Shown: positions 18,038-27,640, numbered from the stretch's first letter. The stretch is DNA of 42,492 bases from Nanobdellota archaeon (GCA_030018575.1 JASEIA010000001.1:1-42492), one strand, 5' to 3'. The notes: generated from the sequence alone by a model not told the origin. Numbers and translations: made by a program.

Positions 18038-18297
18038 TTTTTTCTCCTTCTTGCCTCTTTAAGCCTGCGCGGCTTCCCGAATATCCGGCTTCCGTCCTTT
18101 CTTCTTCCAATCACATCCCTCTCTGTGAAATTTCTCAAGATTCTGCCCTCCTGCGCCATGCTCAGTTCCTGCTCCTCAAGCTTTTTTTGTAGCGCCTTTA
18201 ATTCATCCGACAGCGCAGCACTTTCCCTTTCTATTTCTGCCACTTTCTCTTGCAGGCAGCATATCTTTTCGCCTATCTGTTTTATATTGTCAGCCAT
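18034..18297 (-). CDS. Hypothetical coiled-coil protein with basic tail
   Basis: AGGGGTA RBS; heptad pattern. Confidence 0.6.
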   Translation of the reverse strand: MADNIKQIGEKICCLQEKVAEIERESAALSDELKALQKKLEEQELSMAQEGRILRNFTERDVIGRRKDGSRIFGKPRRLKEARRRKK

Positions 18298-18421
18298 AGT
18301 TACCCCTTGATTAGTATAGCTTAAAACACTACTTTATAGTGCTATAAATGGTAAACTAAGGAAAAGAGGTTGGGATTATAAGAATGCCCTCTGGTTTTGC
18401 CGCGCTGCCCAAAGCCCTGGT

Positions 18422-18625
18422 TCAGCGCCCGCCCTTATAAGGCTCAATTTCATCCAGGATTATTCCTGTGCCAAGCACATCCCCTTCTTCACCAATCAAT
18501 ATCTCCCTTACTTCGAATCTTATGGCAAAAGAAACATCCCATCCTGCGCTCTCAAATTCCTTTTCAAATGCCTTTAATGCCTCGTGCATTGCTTTCATCA
18601 TATCCGCCCTTACTTCTTCCATCAT
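18422..18625 (-). CDS. Small acidic hypothetical protein
   Basis: ATGA overlap with the upstream gene. Confidence 0.45.
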   Translation of the reverse strand: MMEEVRADMMKAMHEALKAFEKEFESAGWDVSFAIRFEVREILIGEEGDVLGTGIILDEIEPYKGGR

Positions 18626-20001
18626 TTTTCAACAACCTCCCAATGCCCTCCCTTGTCAGGACCTATTCTTTTGAGTTTGTTTTGCAGCTTGAGCTTTTCT
18701 ATATCTCTTTTAATTGTTTTGCCTGTAACTTTTAATAAATCAGCCAAAGCAGGTATTGAAATATGACTGTCTTTTTCCATATAGTTTAGGATTGCCTGCT
18801 TGCGTTTTTCAGGGACATTTTCAGGGACATTTTCAGGGACATTTTCTACCCCCTTTATGGCGTCTTTTTCAGTGTTTTTCTCCATCCTGTGAAACACAAC
18901 CCTGAACCATCCTGTCTCGGTCCGAAAATCAACAGGAAGCAGATATTCAGCGCAAAGCTCCCTTATCCTCTTAATGCCTGAGCCCACCCTTTCAACAAGC
19001 TCAATGCGATACGCCAAATCCATAATCAAAGGATTCCTTGGAACACTAACACTCCCAAGCTCCTTTTCGTCAAACAAAAGCCTGCCTGGATTTGATATTT
19101 CAACCCTGTCTATGAATATGTCAACCTGCACGTGCCCCAAGGAAAAATAATCCCTGTGCACCATTGCATTGACCAAAGCCTCCCTTAAGGCATCTTCAGG
19201 CAGCTCAAGCCTGCTTGTCCTTTTCCCGCCTTTTATGATGAAATTGGTGTTAAGCTTTGAAAGCACATAGCTAAAGGCAGCATTGAAATTAGACAGGAAA
19301 TCATCTGGAAATTCCTTCATGTCAATGATATCCACCCTTTCGCTGCCCTTAAAAAGCGCGCAGATGATAACAGAGTTCATAAGGTATCTCTTTACATTGC
19401 TGCTGAAAAACAGTACGCCTGCATTGTTAATCTTGCCTTCAACAGAAAGATTAAGGTTTTTAAGCAGATGCTCAAGGGGCAAACCCGAAGGAATTTTTGC
19501 CTTTTCAAGGAATTTCCCGAATTTAGAATTGTCAAAATCAGCCCTGTCAAAATCAGGGCTTGCCTTCCTGTCAAAGAACAGCTGGTTTTCCTTCTGGAAA
19601 AATTCCCTTATCTCATCCCTGCTGAGCTGCTGCGAATTCGCGCCTATCCTGATGTAGAAATGCCCTCCTGCCGCATATGGCTTCTGCTTCCCCTCAGGCA
19701 CGTGTATTACTGCAAGGTTGTCTATCTGCTCTATATTCACTTCCAATGGCGGGTCAAGGTTCCTTGCAGTGTCCTGAATCCTTGAAAAGCCGTCATTGCC
19801 AAGGCTAATGCCTATAATCTCCCCCTTATCATTCACTCCAAGAATGATTCTTCCGCCTGAGGAGTTTGCAAAGGCGCAGATTGCCTTGCTCAAGTCGCCT
19901 GTAATCCTTTCCTTGAGCTCAAGAGTATAGCCCTCGCCGCTTTTTATCAGTTCAACAGCCTCTTCTTTGTTCATGAGTTTTGGTTTATAGCTTGTGTTCA
20001 T
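18622..20001 (-). CDS. Schlafen/AlbA_2 domain + RecG-C-like ATP-binding domain + C-terminal HTH protein
   Basis: GEGYTLELKE, AFANSSGG, REALVNAMVHRDY, RNPLI, RIGPDKGGHW. Confidence 0.9.
   Translation of the reverse strand: MNTSYKPKLMNKEEAVELIKSGEGYTLELKERITGDLSKAICAFANSSGGRIILGVNDKGEIIGISLGNDGFSRIQDTARNLDPPLEVNIEQIDNLAVIHVPEGKQKPYAAGGHFYIRIGANSQQLSRDEIREFFQKENQLFFDRKASPDFDRADFDNSKFGKFLEKAKIPSGLPLEHLLKNLNLSVEGKINNAGVLFFSSNVKRYLMNSVIICALFKGSERVDIIDMKEFPDDFLSNFNAAFSYVLSKLNTNFIIKGGKRTSRLELPEDALREALVNAMVHRDYFSLGHVQVDIFIDRVEISNPGRLLFDEKELGSVSVPRNPLIMDLAYRIELVERVGSGIKRIRELCAEYLLPVDFRTETGWFRVVFHRMEKNTEKDAIKGVENVPENVPENVPEKRKQAILNYMEKDSHISIPALADLLKVTGKTIKRDIEKLKLQNKLKRIGPDKGGHWEVVEK
18806..18846 (-). 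repeat. 12-bp tandem repeat x3.4 encoding ENVP
   Basis: (TTTTCAGGGACA)3 TTTTC in the linker before the HTH. Confidence 0.9.
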
Positions 20002-20151
20002 AAACTCTTCGCCTGAAAAACGTGCGTTTTTCCGGCATACCCAGAAAATTCCCGCAGCGAATCTGAAAATTCAGGACAAAAATAAGAGATTCAGGCAGAA
20101 ATTTCCGGACTTGCCGAAAGGGAATTTTTGAGTCCGTCGTCAAATCTGCCA

Positions 20152-20252
20152 GCACGAAAAGCAAAGCTTTTCGGGCATCTGCAAAGCCTGCGGGCTTTGC
20201 CAATAAAACATGAACGCATTGCGTTCATCTGCCTTCCCCGCAACCTTTATAT
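20152..20252 (+). repeat. Triple-hairpin intergenic element followed by TATA box
   Basis: CGAAAAGC-aaa-GCTTTTCG, GCAAAGCC-tgcg-GGCTTTGC, ATGAACGCA-t-TGCGTTCAT, GCAACCTTTATAT. Confidence 0.65.
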
Positions 20253-20275
20253 CCCTCCACTTCCTCTAAACAACC

Positions 20276-21703
20276 ATGACCTCCATCACACTCTACGGCG
20301 GCGTCAATGAAATAGGCGGAAATAAAATCCTCTTGGAAGACAAGGGCGTAAAGCTCTTCTTTGACTTTGGGCAGTCTTTCAGCTTTGGAAACGACTACTG
20401 CTACGGCTATCTTCAGCCGAGAAGCAGGATAGGATTGCTGGACTATTTTGAGTTCAACATGCTTCCCAAGATAAAGGGAATATACAGCAGCGAAGAGCTC
20501 TCGGCGTGCTCAGGCTTTCCGTACACAAGCCCGAAAATCCACGGAGTTTTCATATCCCACTGCCATTCTGACCATATCAACCATATCAAGTTCTTAGACC
20601 CCAAAATCCCGATACACGTTGGCCACGGAACAAAGACAATAATGGACATCAGCGAAGTAACAAGCGCATTTGCCGACTACGGCGAAGAGCATAACTACCG
20701 GCTTTTCAAGTCAGGGGACAAAGTAAAAGTAAAGCACATAGTTGTAGAGCCAATCCACGTTGACCATTCAATTCCCGGCGCCTACGGCTTCATAATACAC
20801 ACTTCAAAAGGGAATATCATCTACACAGGCGACTTAAGGCTTCACGGCCCGAAGGGCGACATGACAAAAGAGTTCATCAAGAGGGCAAAGGAAGCGAATC
20901 CCGTTGCAATGCTTTCAGAAGGCACAAGAGTCACAGAGCATGACCCTGAGGCATCAAACACAAGCGAGGCATTGGTTGAGTCAGAGGCAAAGAAGATAAT
21001 AAGCAATGCAGAGCACATGGTGCTTGCAGACACTGCAATAAGGAACATTGACAGGCTGATGGCTTTTTACAATGCGGCTGTCAAAAACGACAAGTTCTTT
21101 GTGATTGACACGAAAATGGCTTACACCCTTGACATGCTGAAAGACAAGATTGACTTGCCAAATGTCATTAAGGGCAAGCACATAAAGGTGTATTTCAGGC
21201 AGATGAAGAGCTGCACTTATATTGAAAAAGACTATCCGCTTTGGGAAAGGCCTTACATGCAGAACATGGTGAATGCAAAATGGGTGCACCGGAACCAGGA
21301 TGATGTCGTAATGGCTTTCAACATCTATAAGCTGTTTGAGCTTGTTTCAATACGCCCGAAGAAAAATTCTGATTACATCTATTCAATGTCAGAGCACTTC
21401 CTTGAAGGGCCTGACAATGCAGAGGCTTTGGGAGTAAGAAAGAACTGGATGGAACACTTCAAGTTCAAAATGCCGGAAAAGAACTACGCTGAAATTGACA
21501 ATAAAGACGGGACAAAAGAGCCAGTGCCAATACACAAGCTGCACGCCTCAGGCCACATGCCTAAGGAGGATGTTATGAATATGATAAGAACAATTAATCC
21601 AGATATGGTAATCCCGATACACACGCAGAATCCCAAGTCCTTCGGTCAGTTTCATAAAAGAGTAGTGCTGCCTGAGATTGAGAAGGAGATAAAAATAAGG
21701 TAG
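20276..21703 (+). CDS. MBL-fold/beta-CASP ribonuclease (RNase J-related)
   Basis: GGVNEIGGN, SHCHSDH, DHSIP, YTGD, HASGH, IPIH. Confidence 0.9.
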   Translation: MTSITLYGGVNEIGGNKILLEDKGVKLFFDFGQSFSFGNDYCYGYLQPRSRIGLLDYFEFNMLPKIKGIYSSEELSACSGFPYTSPKIHGVFISHCHSDHINHIKFLDPKIPIHVGHGTKTIMDISEVTSAFADYGEEHNYRLFKSGDKVKVKHIVVEPIHVDHSIPGAYGFIIHTSKGNIIYTGDLRLHGPKGDMTKEFIKRAKEANPVAMLSEGTRVTEHDPEASNTSEALVESEAKKIISNAEHMVLADTAIRNIDRLMAFYNAAVKNDKFFVIDTKMAYTLDMLKDKIDLPNVIKGKHIKVYFRQMKSCTYIEKDYPLWERPYMQNMVNAKWVHRNQDDVVMAFNIYKLFELVSIRPKKNSDYIYSMSEHFLEGPDNAEALGVRKNWMEHFKFKMPEKNYAEIDNKDGTKEPVPIHKLHASGHMPKEDVMNMIRTINPDMVIPIHTQNPKSFGQFHKRVVLPEIEKEIKIR

Positions 21704-21748
21704 TCTCGTAAGAGATTTTAGAATATTGCATAATGAAATAAAACATCA

Positions 21749-21772
21749 ATTTCACGGCGGCAGCCCTGCCTT
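21749..21772 (+). repeat. 24-bp perfect direct repeat, left copy
   Basis: ATTTCACGGCGGCAGCCCTGCCTT, identical to 22966-22989. Confidence 0.9.
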
Positions 21773-21803
21773 TTCGAAACAGAAACCCTTAAATATATGT
21801 CGT

Positions 21804-21827
21804 TACCACCATAATACTATGGTGGTA
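21804..21827. promoter_or_regulatory. Palindromic operator upstream of the wHTH-MNT gene
   Basis: TACCACCATA-atac-TATGGTGGTA just after a TTAAATAT box. Confidence 0.7.
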
Positions 21828-21832
21828 TTAAC

Positions 21833-22417
21833 ATGAGGAACAAGGACGCAGTAATCATAAAATATCTTATAGAAAATAAGAGCAAAGAGCTGAATATTCT
21901 CAGTATATCCAAGGAATTAAGAATGGACTACAAGAATATTTATTCCATTGTAAAGAGGCTTGAAAAGGAATCTCTTGTCAGGCTGGAATCTTTCGGGCAA
22001 TCCAGCAGGGTTAAGCTAATCTTCCGGATGCACCCGCTTATTTTTGAGGCTGAATACCAGAGAAGGAAAGAGCTGCTAAAAGACAAGAATCTGGCGGTAA
22101 TGCTTAATGACTTTAAAAACTCAATAAAATCAAAATGCTATGTATTTCTTGTTTTTGGCTCTTATGCAAAGAAAACACAAACAAAGAATTCGGATATTGA
22201 CTTAATGTTCATTGTCCCGGACGGAAAGGAGGAATTATTTGAAAAAGAAGTTCATAGAATAGCAAGCTCATTGCCCCTGCCCATACATTATTTGGTATTT
22301 TCCGAGAAGCAATTTGTAGAGATGAGATATGCCAAAGAATCCAATGTCGGGCAGGAAGCTTTAAAAAACAACATTGTTTTATACGGCATAGAAACATATT
22401 ACGAGATGATACAATGA
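21833..22417 (+). CDS. wHTH-fused minimal nucleotidyltransferase (MNT antitoxin)
   Basis: N-terminal HTH; VFGSYAK..SDIDL. Confidence 0.88.
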   Translation: MRNKDAVIIKYLIENKSKELNILSISKELRMDYKNIYSIVKRLEKESLVRLESFGQSSRVKLIFRMHPLIFEAEYQRRKELLKDKNLAVMLNDFKNSIKSKCYVFLVFGSYAKKTQTKNSDIDLMFIVPDGKEELFEKEVHRIASSLPLPIHYLVFSEKQFVEMRYAKESNVGQEALKNNIVLYGIETYYEMIQ

Positions 22418-22953
22418 TCGACAAGGAAAGAATAAAAGAAGCCAAACAGAGTTTTGCCCAATATCTGCGGGAAGGGCTTATTAAGAAACAAACGAACGAA
22501 ACTGCAAAGGCAATGTACATAAAAAATGCGGATTTGTCCTTAAAGCTTGCAGAAGAATGCATGAACAGCAGCTTAAAGCCTTATATCTGGGTTGTTGTCA
22601 TATCCTATTATTCCATGTTTTACATTGCAAATGCTGTTCTGCTTGAGCTCGGCTATAAAACAGGTGATAAGGTGGTGCATAAAGTCACCAATGACGCCTT
22701 GATTGTCCTTGTAATGGACAAGCTAAAGAAAGGCATGCTGGAAGAATATGAAACTGCAAAAGAGGATGCCTTGGAGATTGCTTCAGTCAAGTCAGACGAG
22801 ATTATTGCGCTTTACGGCTTGGAATTGGACAAAAGGTCAAGGTTTCAGTATAACATGACTGAATCCATACAAGAACAGAAGGCAAATACTTCGCTAAAAA
22901 GGGCAAGGCAGTTCATGCTTGAGATGAAGAAGTTGCTATTATTCAAAAAGTAA
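22414..22953 (+). CDS. HEPN domain protein
   Basis: SYYSMFYIANAVL, VVH, KRSRFQY; coupled to the MNT gene. Confidence 0.85.
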   Translation: MIDKERIKEAKQSFAQYLREGLIKKQTNETAKAMYIKNADLSLKLAEECMNSSLKPYIWVVVISYYSMFYIANAVLLELGYKTGDKVVHKVTNDALIVLVMDKLKKGMLEEYETAKEDALEIASVKSDEIIALYGLELDKRSRFQYNMTESIQEQKANTSLKRARQFMLEMKKLLLFKK

Positions 22954-22965
22954 ATTTATTCTTTG

Positions 22966-22989
22966 ATTTCACGGCGGCAGCCCTGCCTT
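22966..22989 (+). repeat. 24-bp perfect direct repeat, right copy
   Basis: ATTTCACGGCGGCAGCCCTGCCTT. Confidence 0.9.
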
Positions 22990-23091
22990 CTTGGCTCATC
23001 CTTCCCGCCTCTTTTTTGACGATAGCAACATTTATATACCACCTCTCTTACTTTATCCTACGTAGAGAGAAGGAAGAAGGAGATATCTTCT

Positions 23092-23433
23092 ATGGCGGTT
23101 AAGGCAATGGCTCCCTCAATGAGGGAAAAGAAAAGGTACATTGCGTTCGAGGCTGTGGCTGAAAAGCCCTTGCCGAGGGATGCAGTGATAAGGGAAATAA
23201 GGGAAAGCATGTCTCAGCTAATCGGAACTCTGGGCATGGCAAAGGCAGGACTGATATTTCTTCCTGACTGGGAAAATAACAAGGGAGTTTTAAGAATAAG
23301 CCACAAATACACTGACATTGCCAAGTCAGCAATCGCATTGGTAAAGCAGATAAATGGCAATAACGCCATAATAAAGAGCGTTAATGTGTCAGGAATACTG
23401 AAAAAATCAAGAAATAAAATCGGAGGTAGGTAA
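23092..23433 (+). CDS. rnp2: RNase P protein Pop5/Rpp14
   Basis: PSMREKKRYIAFE, G.LG.AKAG, VSGILKK; upstream of psmA. Confidence 0.9.
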   Translation: MAVKAMAPSMREKKRYIAFEAVAEKPLPRDAVIREIRESMSQLIGTLGMAKAGLIFLPDWENNKGVLRISHKYTDIAKSAIALVKQINGNNAIIKSVNVSGILKKSRNKIGGR

Positions 23434-23434
23434 T

Positions 23435-24139
23435 ATGCAAGACATGAGCCATCAGGCAATGGGATATGACAGGGCGAGCACCATGTTCAGCCCGGACGGA
23501 AGGCTGCTTCAGGTAGAGTACGCAAGGGGCTCTGTAAAGCTTGGAGCAACTACGATAGGAATGGTCTGCAAGGACGGGGTTTTATTGGTTGCAGACAAGA
23601 GGGTAACTGACAAGTTAATAGTCGCAGACTCAGTTGAAAAGATTTTCCAGGTTGACGAGCACATTGGCGCGGCTGCAACAGGCTGCACAATGGATGGAAG
23701 GGTATTAATAGAAAGGGCAAGGGTTATTGCCCAGCAGCACATGGTTACTTACGGAGTTCCGATAGACACTCTGGACTTAGTGAAGGAAATCTGCGACATC
23801 AAGCAGTTTTACACCCAGTACGGCGGAGCAAGGCCTTTCGGGGTTTCAATACTGTTTGTAGGCGTGGATGACAACCCTACATTATATGTTACAGACCCGA
23901 TGGGCGTTTACTTTGAATACAAGGCAACTGCAGTGGGAGAGGCAGAGGATGAAATAAAGGCAATGCTCAATAAGGAATTCAGGGAAACCATGTCAATTGA
24001 GGACGGGGTCAAGCTTGCGGTAAGCGCTTTCAAGAAAGTGCTTGGCAAGGACTTTGACTTAAGAAGGATAGACGCGGCTTTCATAAAGGCCGATGAAAAA
24101 AAGTTCACAAGAGTGGACAAGCGAAAACTAAAGCTTTAA
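23435..24139 (+). CDS. psmA: Proteasome alpha subunit
   Basis: GYDRASTMFSPDGRLLQVEYA; YGGARPFGVS. Confidence 0.97.
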   Translation: MQDMSHQAMGYDRASTMFSPDGRLLQVEYARGSVKLGATTIGMVCKDGVLLVADKRVTDKLIVADSVEKIFQVDEHIGAAATGCTMDGRVLIERARVIAQQHMVTYGVPIDTLDLVKEICDIKQFYTQYGGARPFGVSILFVGVDDNPTLYVTDPMGVYFEYKATAVGEAEDEIKAMLNKEFRETMSIEDGVKLAVSAFKKVLGKDFDLRRIDAAFIKADEKKFTRVDKRKLKL

Positions 24140-24206
24140 TGGTGCGTAAAATGGCTATTTTATGCACTAAAGAAAGCCGAAGCTTTCTTGTGACAGGAGA
24201 CGAAAA

Positions 24207-24902
24207 ATGGGAAAATTATTGGTAGAGGAAAAATCTATCGTTGTTCCCGGCGACTTCCTTGCGGATGGGATGGATTATCTCCCTGCAGGCGGCGCATTCA
24301 GGGAAAACGACAAGGTCATAAGCTCGCAGGTGGGGGTTGTTGAAATCAACGGCAGGCTTGTAAAAGTCATACCCCTTGCAGGCGCTTATGTGCCTAAGAG
24401 AGACGACGTGGTAATCGGAAAAGTTTCCGATGTAAGCTACTCAAACTGGTTTGTTGACGTTGGGTATGCATTTGACGCTGTAATGTCGCTGAAAGACGGC
24501 ACCACAGATTTTATAGAAAGAGGAGCCGAGCTGAGCGAATACTACGGCATAGGCGACTTTGTGGTTGCAAGGGTTTCAAATGTTACAAAGTCAAAGATGA
24601 TAGACATCTCAATGAAAGGGCCGGGCTTGAGAAAGCTTATCGGCGGAAAGGTAATACAGATTTGCGCCATAAAAGTGCCAAGAGTAATCGGAAAGCAGGG
24701 CAGCATGGTTGGCATGATAAAGGATGCGACAGGCTGCCAGATTATAGTCGGGCAGAACGGAAGAATATGGGTTTCAGGAAAAAATCCGGAAGATGAGCTT
24801 CTTGCAACGCAGGCAATTGAGCTGATTGAGGCAAAAGCCCACATATCAGGATTGACTGAAGTTGTGAAAGAGTTCCTTGGCAAGAACAAGGGGGGAAACT
24901 AA
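24207..24902 (+). CDS. rrp4: Exosome RNA-binding subunit Rrp4
   Basis: IVVPGD, S1 domain, KH VPRVIGKQGSM, VGQNGRIW. Confidence 0.95.
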   Translation: MGKLLVEEKSIVVPGDFLADGMDYLPAGGAFRENDKVISSQVGVVEINGRLVKVIPLAGAYVPKRDDVVIGKVSDVSYSNWFVDVGYAFDAVMSLKDGTTDFIERGAELSEYYGIGDFVVARVSNVTKSKMIDISMKGPGLRKLIGGKVIQICAIKVPRVIGKQGSMVGMIKDATGCQIIVGQNGRIWVSGKNPEDELLATQAIELIEAKAHISGLTEVVKEFLGKNKGGN

Positions 24903-24903
24903 A

Positions 24904-25620
24904 ATGGCTTACACAAGAACTGACAGGGCATTGAACGGGCTAAGGCCGATGGAAGCAAAGGTTGGCGTGATAAAAAACGCAAGAGGCTCTGCAATGTTCA
25001 AGATAGGAAAGACAATAGCTTATGCAGCTGTTTACGGGCCAAGGGAGATGCACCCGAAATTCATGCAGAATGTTGAGAAAGGCACTTTAAGGTGCAATTA
25101 CAACATGATGGCATTCTCAGGCTCAGGCAACAGGGTAAGGCCCGGGCCGAACAGGAGAAGCAGGGAAATTGGGCTGGTTACTCAAAACGCCTTGGCTCCT
25201 GTTTTGGACTTGACTGAATATCCAAAGACAGTGGTTGATGTTTATATCGAGCTTTTGCAGACTGATGCAGGAACAAGGTGCGCGGGAATTTGCGCAGCTT
25301 CATTGGCCCTTGCTGACGCAGGCTTTAAGATGAAGGACCTGGTTTGCGCTGTCTCATGCGGAGTGGTTGGCGGAACGCCTGTTGTTGATTTGGATTATTC
25401 AGAGGAATCATATGACGAGGGATCTGTTGACATCCCGATTGCAATGATACCAAGGACAGGAGAGATAACACTGATGCAGCTTGACGGAGTTTTAACAAGG
25501 GAGCAGCTTGAAAAGGCTGTGCTGCTTGCAAGAGACGGCATACAGAAGATATACGAAGTGCAGAAAACTGCATTGAGGGCGAAGTTTGCAAATGGCAAGA
25601 TTGGCCTGGAGGGGGAGTAA
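24904..25620 (+). CDS. rrp41: Exosome core subunit Rrp41
   Basis: AVYGPREMHP, GPNRRSREI, DAGTR, LMQLDG. Confidence 0.95.
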   Translation: MAYTRTDRALNGLRPMEAKVGVIKNARGSAMFKIGKTIAYAAVYGPREMHPKFMQNVEKGTLRCNYNMMAFSGSGNRVRPGPNRRSREIGLVTQNALAPVLDLTEYPKTVVDVYIELLQTDAGTRCAGICAASLALADAGFKMKDLVCAVSCGVVGGTPVVDLDYSEESYDEGSVDIPIAMIPRTGEITLMQLDGVLTREQLEKAVLLARDGIQKIYEVQKTALRAKFANGKIGLEGE

Positions 25621-25622
25621 AA

Positions 25623-26393
25623 ATGGTTCCAAAAAGTTACATACAAGCACTTGCAAAAAAGAATGCAAGGCATGACGGAAGAAGGTTTGACGAGTTCAGG
25701 CAGCCTATTCTTGTTGAGTACGGAATTTCAGCAAAGTCAGCTGAAGGCTCTGCAAGAGTCACAATGGGAGACACTGTTGTTGTTGCCGGAGTAAAGCTGG
25801 AGTTTGGGCAGCCATACCCTGACACGCCTGACGAGGGAAGCATAATGATAAGCGCAGAAATGCTGCCTTTGTCATCTCCTGAATATGAAGGCGGGCCTCC
25901 CGGGATTGAGGCGATTGAGCTTGCAAGAGTTGTTGACAGGGGAATCAGAGAGTCAAAAGCCCTTGACTTCAAGAAGCTTTGTGTAAAATCAGGCGAGAAG
26001 ATGTGGATAGTCATGATTGACATCTACCCGATAAACGCTTCCGGAAACCTGTTTGACGCGTCTGCCCTGGCTGCTTTGGCTGCATTGAGGAATGCGCGCT
26101 TTCCAAAGGTGGAAGATGACAAGGTTGTTTACAAGGCCCTTACTGACGAGCCCCTGCCATTGTCATTCATGCCTGTAAGCTGCACAGTCCATAAGATTGG
26201 GGACAAGTTCTTGGTTGACCCGACAAGGGACGAGGAGCTTGCTGCTGATGCAAGGCTGACTGTCGCCTTTACTGAAAAAGGCGAGATATGCGCAATGCAG
26301 AAGGGCGGGGAAAAGCCCCTGACTCATACAGAGGTATTTGCCATGGTGGATTTGGCTGCCGCAAAGGCAGGCGAGCTAAGGAAATGTTTATAA
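25623..26393 (+). CDS. rrp42: Exosome core subunit Rrp42
   Basis: DGRRFDEFR, AEGSA, IELARVVDRGIRES, AMQKGG. Confidence 0.95.
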   Translation: MVPKSYIQALAKKNARHDGRRFDEFRQPILVEYGISAKSAEGSARVTMGDTVVVAGVKLEFGQPYPDTPDEGSIMISAEMLPLSSPEYEGGPPGIEAIELARVVDRGIRESKALDFKKLCVKSGEKMWIVMIDIYPINASGNLFDASALAALAALRNARFPKVEDDKVVYKALTDEPLPLSFMPVSCTVHKIGDKFLVDPTRDEELAADARLTVAFTEKGEICAMQKGGEKPLTHTEVFAMVDLAAAKAGELRKCL

Positions 26394-26418
26394 AGGGATT
26401 GGTTTATCCATTTGAACA

Positions 26419-26655
26419 ATGATGAAGCTCACCAAGTACGAAAGGGCAAGACTGATTGGCGCAAGGGCGTTGCAGCTTGCAATGGGCGCTCCTTTGCTTT
26501 TGAAGCTGAAGGAAGCAGAGCTTGAGAAGCTGCATTACAGGCCTGTCTCAATAGCAAAGTACGAGCTTGAAAAGGACGTCCTGCCGATAACAATCAAGAG
26601 ACCTTTGCCTGTAAAGGTAGAGACAGAGCAGAAGGAAGCAGTAAAGGCTGCTTAA
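26419..26655 (+). CDS. rpoK: RNA polymerase subunit Rpo6/K
   Basis: LTKYERARLIGARALQLAMGAP. Confidence 0.96.
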   Translation: MMKLTKYERARLIGARALQLAMGAPLLLKLKEAELEKLHYRPVSIAKYELEKDVLPITIKRPLPVKVETEQKEAVKAA

Positions 26656-26686
26656 TTTTTTTATTTTTTTAAGAAATTGCTTATGA

Positions 26687-27640
26687 TTAATTCAAGCTTC
26701 CCTTGAATTCCTCGGTAAGCCCGTAGACTTTCGGCCTTCTATTATTCACTATGAACGTAACCTGTTTCTCGGCAAGGCTGCTCAGCTGCTTTCCAATGCT
26801 TCCCTCTGTGGTGTTCAGGATTTCAGCCAATTGCTTTGCAGTCCTGTTGCCTTCCAATAATAGAATAACCATCCTCTTCTGCATTGGGCTGAAGCCTTCA
26901 AGCTTCTTGTCGCTGATAGGCATCAGGTTGTCAGGCAATTTGATTTCATCAGGCCTTTGCAAGTCTAACAATTGGTTTGCCTTTTTCTTTGTAAGAATGC
27001 TTCTTGCAGTGTCAATATTAATGTTGCCTGGCTCTAAGTTGATACACAATTGTTCGCAGTTTTCCAATATCTTTCTTGGATTGTTTCTTGCATCATCAAC
27101 TAACAAAGAAACAACTTCGTCAGAGAAAGGATTCTTCCCCTCTGTCCTCATTTCAATAAGCTGCTTTGCCTCTTCAAGCCCCATTCCGGAAAGGCGTATG
27201 ATTCTTCCTCCAACCCTGTTGGTGAAGCTCTCGGGATAATCCATCTTGTTTCCAATCTGAGCAATTGCAACGCTTTTCAGGACATTTCCGTCCCACAATG
27301 CCTTCATGTCCTTTACAAAAGGCTCGTCGCAGTGGTGCGCTTCGTCAAGCATAAGGACTCTTTTCCTGATTAACGGCTTTCCAACGTGCTTTTTCAAGCT
27401 GAATTCCTCGCTCATGCTTTCAGCGTTAAGGTAAATCCCTTTTTGAAGAAATCCCATCTGCCTTTTCAGCCATTTTAACAATGATGTTTTGCCTGCGCCA
27501 GGCTCGCCAACCACAATGCACATGTCGCCTGCGGAAACATAATTAAGCAAAAGCTCCCTCTCTTTCTCAAAGCCAACCAGCTCAGTGCTCCATTTGACTG
27601 AAAACGGATTGTTATTCCAGCCGTAGTGCTTATACCACAT
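26687..27640 (-). CDS. AAA+ ATPase with C-terminal wHTH
   Basis: NPF, GEPGAGKT, LMLDEAH, NPR; TAKQLAEIL HTH. Confidence 0.8.
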   Translation of the reverse strand: MWYKHYGWNNNPFSVKWSTELVGFEKERELLLNYVSAGDMCIVVGEPGAGKTSLLKWLKRQMGFLQKGIYLNAESMSEEFSLKKHVGKPLIRKRVLMLDEAHHCDEPFVKDMKALWDGNVLKSVAIAQIGNKMDYPESFTNRVGGRIIRLSGMGLEEAKQLIEMRTEGKNPFSDEVVSLLVDDARNNPRKILENCEQLCINLEPGNINIDTARSILTKKKANQLLDLQRPDEIKLPDNLMPISDKKLEGFSPMQKRMVILLLEGNRTAKQLAEILNTTEGSIGKQLSSLAEKQVTFIVNNRRPKVYGLTEEFKGSLN

